Origin: Hamiltosporidium tvaerminnensis FI-OER-3-3
Taxonomy: Eukaryota > Fungi > Microsporidia
Assembly: GCA_022605425.2 (NCBI GenBank)
Contig: JAKIMF020000001.1
Span: 1,860,001 to 1,924,000, forward strand
Length of the DNA stretch: 64,000 nt
Direction of reading: 5' to 3'
The notes beneath the pieces are model-generated. The model worked only from the letters and a program-made list of their open reading frames with translations. It was not told where the DNA came from and did not search any database. The stretch's first letter is position 1; each line of letters starts with the position of its first letter. This document shows, piece by piece, positions 13,201 to 26,472 of the stretch. The position numbers and the translations under genes were made by a program.

Positions 13201-14857
13201 CTATGAGAAGAGCCAAGTCCCATGAAGACTATATGTTAAAAGACAGCACGGTAAATAAAACTCGAAATTTAAAGTATGTAATCATGTAAGCATAATTTAA
13301 AGGAAAAATCAAGTTGCAAACATTTTTTTTAAAATATTTTTTTTTTCATTTCGTTTTAATTTAATTAAAGATATTAAAAAATATATTAAAAATGTTTTAA
13401 GGTATAAAATAATTATAGACACCTAAAATTCACCAAATAATCTCTACCAAAGAAAAATTAATTCTGGGTTTCATCATTTGATCTAAAGCCGTGAATATAT
13501 TGCTTTAAGATCGATAAATTTAGGCCTTTACTATTTAATACATATTGAAAAAATTTCTACATATAAATCTAATGTTTTTCATCTACATCTGAATTCTTTT
13601 GAATAATTTGCAAAGAAATTAAACACTAGTTTAATTTTGAACACAATAGCAGGTTGTATAATGCAATCCAACACAGTTCTCATGGCTATTTGCGTTGAGG
13701 AACAGTGATTGGATTGCAAATAATAGTCTTGTATTTCAAATATATTAAAATTAAATTATTTATTTGATTATCGTGGTTTCATTGATTATTATTTTGATAT
13801 TTTATTTAATCATCAAAAATATATTTTAATCGATTAGAATTATAGAAAAAATATAGTCATAAATTATAAATGATAGTTTAGAATAAGTCGTATATTCTTT
13901 TAATTCTGAAATACTCTTCTACATTAATTAATTCACCCTTCTATACTAATATTCGCGTAACATTGTATTTGGTTTTATGTCTTAGATTCAAAACCCAAAG
14001 ATATTGTAGTCTAGGAAATTTTCTATTATATAGAAATGGATTGAATGATTCCTGTTTTATGTATGTATCATTTAGCTTATATCAAGATTCTCCTGGGTCT
14101 TCCCAGGCTAAGGACTTAATTTGTATTTGTTTATATTTTCTATTCTTTTCGTGAATTAAAATAGATTGTTTAAAGGTCTTTTTCATTATTTTCTATTAGT
14201 AAAAGTTTCTTTCTTTACAAATACGTGAATATTTCCAGGGCAAATCTTGAGAGATTTGGTATTCTCTTACTCATTTTTTATAAAAAAAGATCATATGTAA
14301 ACTATATTCTAAACTAAGATTCAACAAGGCGCACAAGTACGCGATTCTTTGGTTTCTGGCTTCTTCTATTTTTTGAAGCGACCCCTGAAATCTTTTTTGG
14401 GGTAAATAAACTATATTGGCTTTCATAAAAAATCAAAATTCCATTATTCTAAATTTAGAACTTTTATAATCATGTAGAATTTTCTCGCTTTCACATACTC
14501 CCTTTGAACAATATTTTTAAATATATGGTTTTAAATTCGTTTTTTCGACTTAAAATCGCATTTTTTATAAAAAAAAATGAATTTATTCTATAATTTATAT
14601 AGTATTTCGAATGTTTTGGTCCCATATATGTGTTTTAATATCGATAACTTAGAATTCTCTTATATTAAACAATTAAAAATGGTCGAAACCTTATAACTGC
14701 TGTTCAAAGTACATTTTGATCTTAAATACAATATAATTTCGCTTTGAAAGTGCCCGATTGTTTCAGATATATATCATTTTGCAGAATAATAACTTTGAAA
14801 GGTTGTTCGCAAGCAAATAATTTTCTATAAAATTACTTGATTAGAATATTAATATAC

Positions 14858-14910
14858 TTCGTCGCTTCCGAATGGCGGGGTTCGATCCCCCCCGGTTGGT
14901 TCACTCTTTA
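14858..14910 (+). other. tRNA T-arm / RNA polymerase III B-box-like GC-rich island (inverted copy ~42212-42273)
   Basis: GGGG-TTCGATC-CCCC hairpin matching GGTTCGANNCC, followed by TTTT. No convincing D-arm or acceptor stem. Confidence 0.35.
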
Positions 14911-16517
14911 CTTTTCGTTCAAAAGTTTGTGGGAGGCTGACAACCCAACCTATCAAAAGAAAAAATTGTCTTTGGCACGCCTATAACATGTTGAATCTAT
15001 GGTTAATTGTTGGATTTTGTTCCATTCGTAGAGAAAAAGCGAGCTATTAAATGAATAAACATACTTCTTCGAGTCATATTTCGTTTCTATTTCATAATTA
15101 ATGTTGAAAAATTTTTTTTTGCGTGCATATCTATTTCGATTTTTATATTCAGGTTTTATAATTGCCGCTTTTTTGAGCAATATTACTTTTTAAAATTTTA
15201 AAATAAATTAAGGCTTAAAATGTATATTTTAACTTATATACTTAATACAGGGCAAGATTTTTTAAAAATTCCGTTCTAGGCATATACACATGCGCTTAAA
15301 ATCCGCACCCAATTTATTTTATTTGTCGACTAAGTCTATATTGAATATCTTCATAAAGATAAAATAACTGATAACCTTCGAATTATACAAAATTTCAAGC
15401 AAAATCAACGTATTTTGATTTATTTTATGAACTAAAGACTGGCGTGAAATTTATGTAAACTTTTCACAATTTTTAATTGAAACCCGCTATTTAATAAAAC
15501 AAATCCAATTTAGATTTTCTTTGGTGGGTTTATATTCTTCAAAATATTTTTTATCGTAACTTTTTCAAACGAAGCATTGTATGTTACAAAAAATATCATT
15601 TGAAGACATATTTCTCTTTTTTACTCTTTACCTTAGTTTAAAAAGAATGATGTTTTCTTTCCGCCACTGTAGCAATCAAATTTATTTTCGTATATTAACG
15701 TCCTAATATCTTGTTTAGCGTGAATCGCATGTTATAGAGTCTATTTAATCAAGAGATATATCTTTGTATATTTAAAATCAGGTTTTCGCCTCATCATGTT
15801 CTTCGACAAAATTCACAAGTGAACTTTAGAAAAAAACCCACTCGAATATTTATCATTTCTTTTTTAAATAGTGTTCTAAATTTCAAGTGAAATATCAATT
15901 CCTAATCTAATATGATTTATCTAATAAATTAAGGATTAAATCGATAAATTATCCTTTAAACAATTAATTCAAGCAACTTAATATATCGCATTTTCTATTT
16001 CTTAAAGCAATTCATTTTCATTCGGCTTCTTACTATATTTTACATACCCTTAAGCATTTAGTAAAATTTGATTATCAGTCTTTTTTAATTTCTTAAAAAA
16101 ATAAAATATGCTTCGAATTCTAAAAAATTAAATGAAATATTATCCCTTTTTACAGCACAAATTTTTTTATTTCAAGCCTTCTATACTCTCCGCTTTTTAC
16201 CATTTAAGTAAACATTGTTAGCGCTGAAATTAGTTGTTCAAACTAAAATATTTATCTAAAAATATAAGCTAGCATAATTCTGCTATTAAATTATTGGTTA
16301 AGAAAAGCCATTTCTTGAATTTTACATTATTATTGGGATTGATGAAAAGTAATATTAAACTCTTAAATAATCAATTCAGATATTATTTATTTAAAAAAAT
16401 CAAATATTCTTTGTTTAATTTTTCTAAAATCTGATTTTTTCATTTGTTTATTTGATAAGGAAATATGAAACTTGTTTACAATTTTTATTATAAAAGAATG
16501 AATTCAATTGTTTGTTT

Positions 16518-16874
16518 ATGAAAACATTATCTGTCATCCTCTTCTTCATACTCGTTCAAGCCATCTTAGAAATATATTATGACTCACATCTTCACTTTAT
16601 AACAATGAGATCATCTTGTAATCAGGTGATATATTACTTCCATAGTTCCTTCCATATTACATTATATATTGTAGAAGTATTTTTGATTATAAATGCTTTG
16701 GTTTCAATATTACAATACTTCTTTATAGATACAAAGAAAATGCCAATGAATGCATTTGAGCAGTATTGGGTTTTAAACATCGATGTATATATTGAAATGT
16801 TTAAATATCCAGAAAAATTTACTTGCTTAAAAATCATATTAGAACATAATGAAGAATTTGAGTTCAATATATAA
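16518..16874 (+). CDS. 118-aa small protein family, copy B3 (right arm of cassette 1)
   Basis: Inverted paralogue of B2. Confidence 0.45.
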   Translation: MKTLSVILFFILVQAILEIYYDSHLHFITMRSSCNQVIYYFHSSFHITLYIVEVFLIINALVSILQYFFIDTKKMPMNAFEQYWVLNIDVYIEMFKYPEKFTCLKIILEHNEEFEFNI

Positions 16875-18767
16875 GTGTTGGGGCTGGACAACCCCGCAAA
16901 AACTGTCCCTGTTAGCAAATTATGTTCTATTAAGAGACGATTGGATTGTTGGATTGATGAGAAATTTATAGAATAAATAAAAAGTTCAAAAGAATCGTAT
17001 ATATTTAATATTTTTTCTTGTTTTCTTTCAAATTTATCTTTTTCATTTGTTAAAACATATAATGCCATATAGTCTCATCTATTCTCAACACCGAGGGGCA
17101 CACTAGACCAGTGTATTTAATAAACTATGATTAAATATTTCAATACAAATATTTTTGTTGATTTATTACGCAAAAATAATTATTATAAATATAGTTATGA
17201 GATTATACAATATAAAATAGTATTTAATAGAGTTTGTATGCATATTTCTTTTATTGACAATAAGATAGAAAAAATATCAATTTCAAATAAAAGAGATGAA
17301 TCATAAAAAAAAACTATAATTAAACATAATTCTAAGAGATATAATATTATTTAATATATTATTTTTACTTTTGCATGTTTTATTTATCTTTCTTTGTTTT
17401 ATCCTGCTATATTTTCCTTTTTTTACTATATTTGAATTAAAACATCAATTTCAATCTTTTAATCTGCGAATATATTATCATTAAAATAATTTTTGGTCTG
17501 CTGTTTTCACATTATTACGATGACTTTCCCTATAATTAAACCACGAGCTGTTTGTTCTGAAGAAATACTCGATTGTATAATAAACAAGTTATTTGTTGCA
17601 TGTGAATTTTTAGTATTTGTGATATTACTGGTTTATACATCTTATGGACTTTATTTCCCTCGATTTCTATAATTGAATCGGTAAAAAGCAGCATGTTATC
17701 ACATCGATACTCAGCAGTCTATAACATTCAAATCCATGATCTTTCAATTCTAAAAAATGTATTTAGTATTTTATTTTCTTGATTAAATGAATAAATAGAA
17801 TTCCATATAAAAGATCGTGATCATCTAAAAAATATGCCAAAATCTCATTCACATTATTTATTTAAAATTACTACTTTATCTTAATCAATACCAATCTCAT
17901 GAATCATAAATTTCTTTATTCCAAAGTATAATTTAAATGCCTTAAATTCTTTTTTTTCGTTTGGATTAATTAATTAATTAGCTTATAAAACCAATACGTC
18001 AGAAAAATCTGTGAATTTAAGAACATCTTTATTGGTTTTAGAAAATGTTGGATTATAAAAATGCAACTTTATAAATTAATATTATAGACATATGCCTTTC
18101 CTATTATTATATTTTGTTTTTTCACAATTATAATTTCTAGGTTATTTTAATATAAGTTATTACAAGTTTTATTTTAAAATATAAAAATATATTCCAAGAT
18201 CTCGAAGAAAGAAACTAAGAGAAACAAATATTATCTAATAATAAATATAAATATACATTCAAATGTATGTTAATTAGCATTTAAACTACAGGGTACATTT
18301 CCAGATCTCACGCTTTAATAAGAACCGATATTTTCTCGGATTAAATATAATATATATTATATTCTTTATAGAGTAAGAACATTGCAAGGTTTGGTTTTCT
18401 ACTGTACAATATATTGTTCTCGTCAACTTATACATAAAAAGCGAATATTTATCTCTTATATACTTAAAAAAATAGGTTCTGCATTTTAATAAAATAGAAT
18501 TTCCATCGTAAGTTATCCAAAAGAGATTCTTAGTTACAGTTTTAACAGAATTCTAAAAAAAATTACTTAATTTATTTAATTATAAAATAGCAAACCGTGA
18601 GAATATATTTTAGGAATAAGTATCGAAAATTATTTAAATAATTTATCTTCATTTTAATTGAAAAGCGTTGAAATATTTTTTTCGAAACATGTTTATCTAT
18701 GATAAAACAGTTGAGAATCGTATGGTTCATACAACCAAATCTTGATTGTCCTTAATTTGGATTTTTC

Positions 18768-21128
18768 ATGAAAAATAGCGTCGGTCTTGAAAAATGTACA
18801 AGAAATCCGAAAAAAATAAATATTTGGTGTTTGTTGTTATATACGTCAATATTATCATATGGTGTCTCAGCAAACAAGTTTGTTTATTTGTTTGAAAAAT
18901 TCGAAACTACCAAAATTAAAATTTACAGTGAATTGCTAAAAGGTATTCCGAGTATAGAAAAAAAAGAAGAATTTGATTTTTTTAATGTTTATTATACCAT
19001 AGATTTAAAGTCATTTGACAGCAAAGATCATGTTTATACATATGAAAATAAGGGTTTTATTGGTTTTGAGGTATTAAATAACTTTCTGAATGCAAACATA
19101 TCAGAATATATAAATGGAAAAATTGAATGCAGTTTTGAGTTGGTGTATTTTTTAAAACTTACCTCTGATATTTCATATTTACTATATAATGTAAACAAAA
19201 ACCAATTTAAATGTCTATTTTTAGGCTTGAAATATCTTAGAGCAATTGATAATAAAAATATTGTTAAACTTCTAGGATGCTTATTTCTAAAAATATGTAT
19301 TAGCCAAAACACCACAGATCTAAAGAAAGAAGAGGTGAAATATGAAGGTTTATTGTCTTTTATTAATTTAACAGAACTTGATTTTTATCTCAGGAAAAAT
19401 CTAATTTCTGGTTTTATAAATATTTTAATGATAAAACATAGTTTTTACGAAGATAATTTGATTTTATTAGGAAATAACAACTTAAATTTTGATGCGATTC
19501 TCTTTAATGAGCATATTCCTTACAAAAATCTATTAATAAATGATTATGAAGTATTTTGTACTCTTGAAAATTTCTTAAGAAATAATTACTATTTGAACAC
19601 ATTCAAATTTTTATTGGTGGAAATAGGTATAAAGTCATTAATAATTAATAATTGTCTAAATTCCGAAACTATATCTAAAAAATTTTACTTTTTCAGTCAG
19701 ATGGCGCATATATTTAAATCAATAATAATTTCAAACTTTCAGGAATCTTCAGAAATTATCATATATGAATTAAGTAAAGGTAATGATATTAATATAGAAT
19801 ATTTTACATTAATAAATTCAATCATAGAAAGTAATTATCTTTTTTCTTTTCTAAAAAAGCAAAGTCTGAAAGGATTAATATTTAATAATGTGATCATGAA
19901 TGTATATCTAAGTTGTTTCGAAAATTATATGAATTCCAATGATACTTTAGAATATATCGATTTTAAAAACATGGAGATGGGTGTTTCTTGGTGGATTAAT
20001 TTTAGTGCAATATCAAATATACTGTGTGTTATACTTGACTTTGATTCCTTTTATTTAGCAAATAATTTTATTAAAGAATGCAGTAATATTGGCTTAAAAC
20101 TTGATCTTTGCTATTTAGAACTATGGTTTGCTGGTTTAAAAATACCACTTGAGTTCTGTGATTTTTTAAGCCAGTGTAAATCTCTGAAAACATTAAAATT
20201 TTTTAATTGTTTTCTTGATAAAAAAATCGAACCTAATTTATACCATGTACTTGAAAGTATGAAAGGATTAGAAACCTTATTCTTGCAAAATATACATTTT
20301 AGCGACAAATTTTATGAGTTTTTGTTTCAAAAGAAAGGAATAAAAATGTTACAGTTAAAAAATTCATGTTTCCCTAGAGAAATCTTGAGATTTGAAATAT
20401 TAAACTTTTATAAATCAATAACCCATTTGATTTTGATAAATATCAAAATTTCTGAACATATATTGATTGAAATATTTAAATTAAAAGACTTGAAAGTTTT
20501 ATCTTTGAAATTCTGTGGAATAATTTCCATCAAGAATTCAATATCAAGGAATTTTATTTCAAAAAATATTCAAAGATTAAATTTATCGGGTTCTGATATA
20601 AATATTTTCGAATCGAATCATATTTTAGCAAAACTCGATAATTTAGAAAGCCTGCATTTATCTTATTTTCAATTTCATTCATGTTGTCTAACAAAATTAA
20701 GCCCCATGTGCAATATGAGATTAAAAACGCTTTCTTATAAAGGTAATAGCTTATATGTAAATGATTTGAACAGAATTAAACATCTTGCGACTATAGAGAA
20801 ATTAAATTTTTATAAATGCAAATTCATCGAAACTAGTTTTTATAAATTGGGTAGTGAATGCAGGTTTTTTAATTCCCTAAAAAAATTGAATCTGGGGTGT
20901 GTAGTTCTAGGTGCAGAAGATTTTCATTATTTAAGAAATTTTAAAAAGCTAAAATATCTTCAAATATCGTTTCATGCCATTCATTTAGTTGAAATGAAAT
21001 TTAACTTAATATCTTTAGCGAAAAGTCGGTTTCCCGCTAAATTATTTTTTAAAGAGATTGATTCTGAAGAGCTATCGGAATATTTTAAGGAAGAGGGTGT
21101 TGAAGAGGTATGCAAATGGTCAATCTAA
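18768..21128 (+). CDS. 786-aa leucine-rich-repeat protein with hydrophobic N-terminal leader
   Basis: Repeated LxxLxL motifs (LKTLKF, LETLFL, LKVLSL, IQRLNL, LESLHL, LKKLNL). Hydrophobic IWCLLLYTSILSYGVSA. Long uninterrupted ORF. Confidence 0.85.
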   Translation: MKNSVGLEKCTRNPKKINIWCLLLYTSILSYGVSANKFVYLFEKFETTKIKIYSELLKGIPSIEKKEEFDFFNVYYTIDLKSFDSKDHVYTYENKGFIGFEVLNNFLNANISEYINGKIECSFELVYFLKLTSDISYLLYNVNKNQFKCLFLGLKYLRAIDNKNIVKLLGCLFLKICISQNTTDLKKEEVKYEGLLSFINLTELDFYLRKNLISGFINILMIKHSFYEDNLILLGNNNLNFDAILFNEHIPYKNLLINDYEVFCTLENFLRNNYYLNTFKFLLVEIGIKSLIINNCLNSETISKKFYFFSQMAHIFKSIIISNFQESSEIIIYELSKGNDINIEYFTLINSIIESNYLFSFLKKQSLKGLIFNNVIMNVYLSCFENYMNSNDTLEYIDFKNMEMGVSWWINFSAISNILCVILDFDSFYLANNFIKECSNIGLKLDLCYLELWFAGLKIPLEFCDFLSQCKSLKTLKFFNCFLDKKIEPNLYHVLESMKGLETLFLQNIHFSDKFYEFLFQKKGIKMLQLKNSCFPREILRFEILNFYKSITHLILINIKISEHILIEIFKLKDLKVLSLKFCGIISIKNSISRNFISKNIQRLNLSGSDINIFESNHILAKLDNLESLHLSYFQFHSCCLTKLSPMCNMRLKTLSYKGNSLYVNDLNRIKHLATIEKLNFYKCKFIETSFYKLGSECRFFNSLKKLNLGCVVLGAEDFHYLRNFKKLKYLQISFHAIHLVEMKFNLISLAKSRFPAKLFFKEIDSEELSEYFKEEGVEEVCKWSI

Positions 21129-22524
21129 AATCTCTATTTTTAAAATAATTTTATGCGCTGATTTTTTCTTTTGATTTACAGATCACTGATATAAGTAACT
21201 TTGTGATTTCTTTTTCGAAAAATAAATAAATTTCATAATATTAGTTTCATCTTTAGAAATTTTGCTCCTGGATATTTATAAATCTTTTTATATTAAATTT
21301 CCTGTTATCATTCTAGATTAATGTTTTAACTTGTTTCTTCTTTTAAGTGATAAATGTTACATTTTTGGGCTATATGATATTTAGAATAAAATTCATCTTT
21401 AATTAGATTAGTATAAGTGCTTTTTTGAGTATATCCTTTTTTATTGTATTAGGTTTCAAATTTCACCCTTATCACCATTCAATCGGAGTATAAACATTTT
21501 TGATTCAAAAATGTTCAAAACGTCTTTTTGGTGTTTATTAGAGACGAGAATATATTATTTTCTAGTTATTATAAGAGAAAATTCCTAAAATACAATAATA
21601 TATATGACCTAAATCATATGCTTATTAGAAATGGCCTTAAATTATTTAATTGAGGAAATATAACACAAATCTAAAAGAATTTATATTAATTTAAAATTTT
21701 ATTGCTTATTTCTATTTTTAAAAAAATGAAAATAAAATACATTTAATTGACACTAATCAGTAAAATTCTTTTGATTTGACTTAATATCTGGAAATCATTT
21801 AAATATTTCATATCTCAAGAAAATTTTATTTCTCTGCTATAGACTTCTTAGTTATAGTGTATGAGATATTTTTGTGCCCATTAATATTGCTTCTAATTAT
21901 AAAGCAGTGGATTTTTATAGGACACAAAAATATACAAACTTTTTTACACTACATAATCAGTTTAATATTTTTATTCAATAATCAAAAGGTTTTTAGACAA
22001 AATTGAATAAATAGATATTTTGGTTAAAATATGCAGATAAGGTAGTGTATTAAACACATTTAAATGTCCATTAATATCAAATGGAATCTAAAAATTTAAA
22101 TTATAAAAGGTAGGTTTTTGAACAAAGAGTTCAGTTTATCTATAAAATTGCGCCTGATATATGTTAAATCCATATCAGCTATTTTTCGAAAATTTAAATA
22201 TCCGAAGTTATAATTGGTTGAAAAATACATTTAGAATGAAAGTCATTTTCTCATATTCATGTTTTTGATTTTAAATTAGTCCAAACCGAAAGTTCTTTGA
22301 AATTTGACATAAAAAAGGATTTTTATATATACTTCAAAAAAAACAAAATTCAATGAGAAATATAACTCAAAGAGTGAATGCTTTTAATATGTCTTCTTAT
22401 TTTTAATGCTTTGTATCGGTTTTTAATTGGAAAACCTCGATAGCTTTCCATGAAGACGGGAGAAAAAAAATTTAGGGAATTTTTTTATTTATGCCTTTAA
22501 ATAACAAATTAAATTAACTCAATA

Positions 22525-25500
22525 AATTTTAATAAAAATTTCCGAATTAAGATTATTTTCTTCCTCCTCTTGTACCACCATCTTTTCTTTTTATAAATCC
22601 GATTTTTATTTATGCTAATTGTCGGTTCCTCTAGTATGTTTTTCTATTGTGTACTAAAGAATGTGGTATTTTTTGCTCTAACGTTTTGAGCAACATATTC
22701 TTCATTAGGTTTTAAAATGGAGTGTTAGTTGCTTATGCCTCTCGGCTCCTGAAATGCACCTAATGACGCTGTCGCCCAGCTCCCTTCGGCATTTTGTCCT
22801 GATTCAAGTTCTCTTTGCCAGTCAAAGAAAATTGTTTATTCTGTCTTCTTAAGTACTATGGGAAGTATATATACCTCTACATCCTTGGTTATTAGGAATA
22901 TATCAATATATATCGTATCATTTTATCACAATACTGGCCCAGGCCACCACATAAGAGATTATTTCAACACTATACTTATAAATAAAACTTAAATTATTGG
23001 GTAGCAGATCAATTTCCCTGAAATTTTCAGTATCAACTAGTTGATGTGAATTTTGAAGTAATTCCTACTTAAATAGGTGTTATTTTCTTTTTGCTAGTAT
23101 ATAAAATATATATTTCGGGTCATTTTTTCCGGATTTTGAGATAAGTTTTTATTCTGGTATTTACTTAATATGTGCCTGCTCGTTTTCGATAATTTCTTAA
23201 AGTTAGTGACTACTGATTTGTTTTAAAGACTGAAATTTATTTAGTTAAAAAAAAATCTGCGGGTATATGGCAACTTCATTGAGCTGTATAGTATAGTCTT
23301 TCCGAACATTTTCTCACATCCAGTTCTAAATGTATACTGTTTTCTAGACTAGTTGCAGTGTTGACGCACACCATCTGCTACCCATAATATATTTCTATCC
23401 TGAGTATAGCAGAACATTGCTTAATCAAACGGCCTAATATTTCCTTTTTTACCCATCTTTAAGAGCCACTAAGACTTACAAGCGCATTTTTTTTCTTGCA
23501 TTAATACCTTTGATTGAAGTTTTCTTTTTCTTTTTCCATATATAATTTAAGTATCTTCTAAAATTTTCCTACTGACTTCTACTTCCAACCTTTACTTTAC
23601 TCTAAGAAGCTTTTTATTAGTACAAGGTGAGTTACATTAGCAAGTCTTTTTTTTAAGATCGCGTCTCGTCTAGTTTATATTATTTTGCTTTTTGCCAGGC
23701 AATCCAAGATTTACAAAAAGAATGATCGCTCTGACTCTTAACACTATGTAAGCCTCTCCCAAGTTCTGTTCTAGCAAGGTACAAATACTCTTTACATCCT
23801 AGGCGAGAATGTATCTAATTTTGCACAAAAAAGAATTCACTGCATCATCCAACATAGAAAGTGAATTGGTTTAAGTCCAAGTACTCTTATGTAATATTCA
23901 TTAACGATATTACCCTTTTATAAATTGAATAAGTTTTTTTTTGTCGTTTTATCTAGACAACACAGTCTTCCATTCTAGAATCAGTTTTCTTCGCTTTTCA
24001 TTAAATGAGCTTCGTATTAAATTTTTTCTGTTATCTGCATTATTCCTAAATATTTGGGAACACCAAAACCACTAGAAGAGTAGCAGTATCTTCGCCGAAA
24101 GTATCTTTCAGGGCCGACTTATCTCTATTTTTATGAGCTATTTTCGTTAAAAATTCTTTTACTGCGCCTGTCATAGCTCCTAATGTGAAGCTTTCTACTA
24201 CAAGGAGCCTTATATCATTAATAAACAAGAGATTTTTAGTATTATGAGAATCTGCAGCATTATGTATTGTCACTTTCGTGTGTTTTTCATTGAGCTTTCG
24301 GCTTAAAGCATTCCTACACAAACAAACAAAAATGATGAAAAGCTTTTTCTTTGCAAATTCCTGTATCAATCTTCTTGCTCATGATTTTTTCAGGCTCTAC
24401 TGATATATCACTTGTCTATTTTGATATAATTATCTTTATAACTTTCAAGAATCCAACAGGTAAATAACGTTTCCAGTGCATTGAGTCAAATAAACATGAT
24501 TAATTGAGTCATAAGCTTTTTTTACAACAATAATCGTCGCATTCAGATTGTTTACATACACTTTATTCACAGCTAAATTAATTAAGGCTTACTCATTTGC
24601 TTTTTGACCATTTTTTCTGGTTCTAATTGGTTTTCCGCAAGAAAATTTCGTCTCCTCATTGCAAGCTGAATAATCTTTAGGGTACATTTTTTCGTTTACT
24701 GATAGAGATTAAACATAAAGTTTATCGGTTTGTAGTCAGAGACTATATGCGTTGTTATTTTCTGTATCAAATACGTAAAACTACGATAAAGCCAACCATT
24801 TTGGGATTTACCTTCTAAAAATATGACTTTTGCAATATAAAAATGATTTTGTGAAGAATTGTAAGTGCCTTGATGAAAAAATTGTAAATACCATCAATTC
24901 CAGCGGCTTTTATTACAAAAAAAAGTTATTATAATTACAAATTCATCAAGTAAAGGAAACATTATCTGATGATTATCTGATACAAATAGAATCAAATAAT
25001 CATCGTACGGGACAGTTGCGTTATTTTTGTTCCACATTATAGAATAAAAGCTCATAATTTCATAACGGCTAAATATATCCTTAACGTTGAGACGCACAGA
25101 TAATGACAATAAAATCAATATATGAGCAGCTCAAACATACGATTCTCTTTCGGAATACTTACTTCATTTATCTATCCTAAGTTTCTTACCACAAAATCTT
25201 CATTACTTATTCATTTTAACTATGGCCTCAGACAAATCATGGATACAGCTCAAGTTTACATTGCCCTCTCACATGATTTCGGTGGCTCTTCGTTTTGAAG
25301 CGGAACCTCTTTTAGGTCTACGGAATTTTGCGAAAAGATCTTTGTTAAATACTGACGCAAAATTTTTACCTTCTATATTTTCCTTCCAAGCGAGTTTAAA
25401 CTTCTATTTAAGTGTTGCCTCGTCATAGCATAACGGTGCAGCTTGTAAAGTATGCGCCGCATCCGTAATTGACTCGGGTATATGAGCCTCATCATATCCA

Positions 25501-26230
25501 CGAACCGCTCGATTATTGAGATCAAGAACTTGAGATCAAAATTCATTTGGATTTTTTCGAGTCGAGCCACAACTTTTTCCAATTTCCATCTTCAAGATTT
25601 CTTTGATTGACTCAAAAATTTATTCTGTACTTTTTGTTGCTTAGTGTTGTCAGCCTAAAACTATGCATCAGTGAAACAAGTGGCAATTTTGCGTCGATTT
25701 TTATTCTCTTCTAATTTTACTTCTTTTTCCAGCTCATTTTTCTCTAATATTTTTAGCACGTCGAGAGTCACAGCGGGTGGATTTTTCATTATAGTACATG
25801 TGAAGCTCTGTCCAGATGATTTTGGCATTCTTTCAAAGCTTGTCTGTAGTGCAAAAAAAAACAATTTGAAGACATTCCTTCGGGTCGACTGTTACAGAAT
25901 CGAATATCTTCTGCAATGCCATTAGCCTCTTACCTTCATGAATGGCTAGAGTACGGGGATTTGCCGGTTATAAAATGGCTCACACGATGCGACTTCAGCC
26001 GAACAGGCAAGAGGTGTGTTAGCCGAATTTAAGGTTGTAAGTCCACTATTTTACATGTAACTGCATGTTTGGCCTGGTGGTGAATGTGTGATTTTGTATA
26101 GAGGAATAAAGGTAGGAAAATGTCGGTAGGTGTTGCTCATAGTTTTGCAACACTATTTCACTTTTATTCACCTCATCGACATCGTTTGAACTTTTATTCT
26201 ATTATTTTTTTGTTTTTCGCCCCAACATTT
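22525..26230 (-). mobile_element. Heavily degenerate relative of the R4/Dong-like element
   Basis: Colinear fragments LSRKLNEKHTKVT, EDTATLL and RRKIATC; nucleotide similarity to 50.3-53.6 kb; many stops. Confidence 0.85.
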
Positions 26231-26464
26231 TTCCTTATACTCATTATTTTATTTTTACAAATGTTTATAAATAAATTAATTTAGTTTACTATATGTCTTA
26301 TAAAACTATCAAAAACATTATAGCTTTAAATAAATTTTTCATTTACAATTTATCACCTATCTGTCATATTTATGCAAACAAAGTTTGTCTGTAATTTTAC
26401 CACCTTTTTTTGAAATTGATCCTAATATTTTCTTAAATTCTTTTTATTGAGCATTTATTTTTTA

Positions 26465-26467
26465 CCC
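26465..26467 (+). promoter_or_regulatory. Microsporidian CCC motif upstream of the CLASP-like start codon
   Basis: T-rich run then CCC, 5 nt before ATG 26473 (ttttacccataaaATG). Confidence 0.5.
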
Positions 26468-26472
26468 ATAAA

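Larger units (their letters stand above)
9795..17008. repeat. Cassette 1: ~1.15-kb inverted repeats (9795-10953 and 15852-17008) around a ~4.9-kb spacer
   Basis: 15.85-17.0 kb is the reverse complement of 9.8-10.95 kb, including ORFs B2 and B3. Confidence 0.9.

Noticed and set aside
14830-14905. Intact tRNA gene
   Set aside because: Could not build a D-arm or a correctly spaced acceptor stem.
16875-16920. Helitron 3' end
   Set aside because: Hairpin present, but no CTRR terminus at a module boundary and no Rep/helicase remnant recognised.
17099-17115. Small hairpin acactagaccagtgt next to a GC-rich patch
   Set aside because: Too short, and present only through the segmental duplication; no independent support.
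19034-20308. Minus-strand ORFs in the LRR gene (and 60001-61274 plus strand)
   Set aside because: Antisense shadows.
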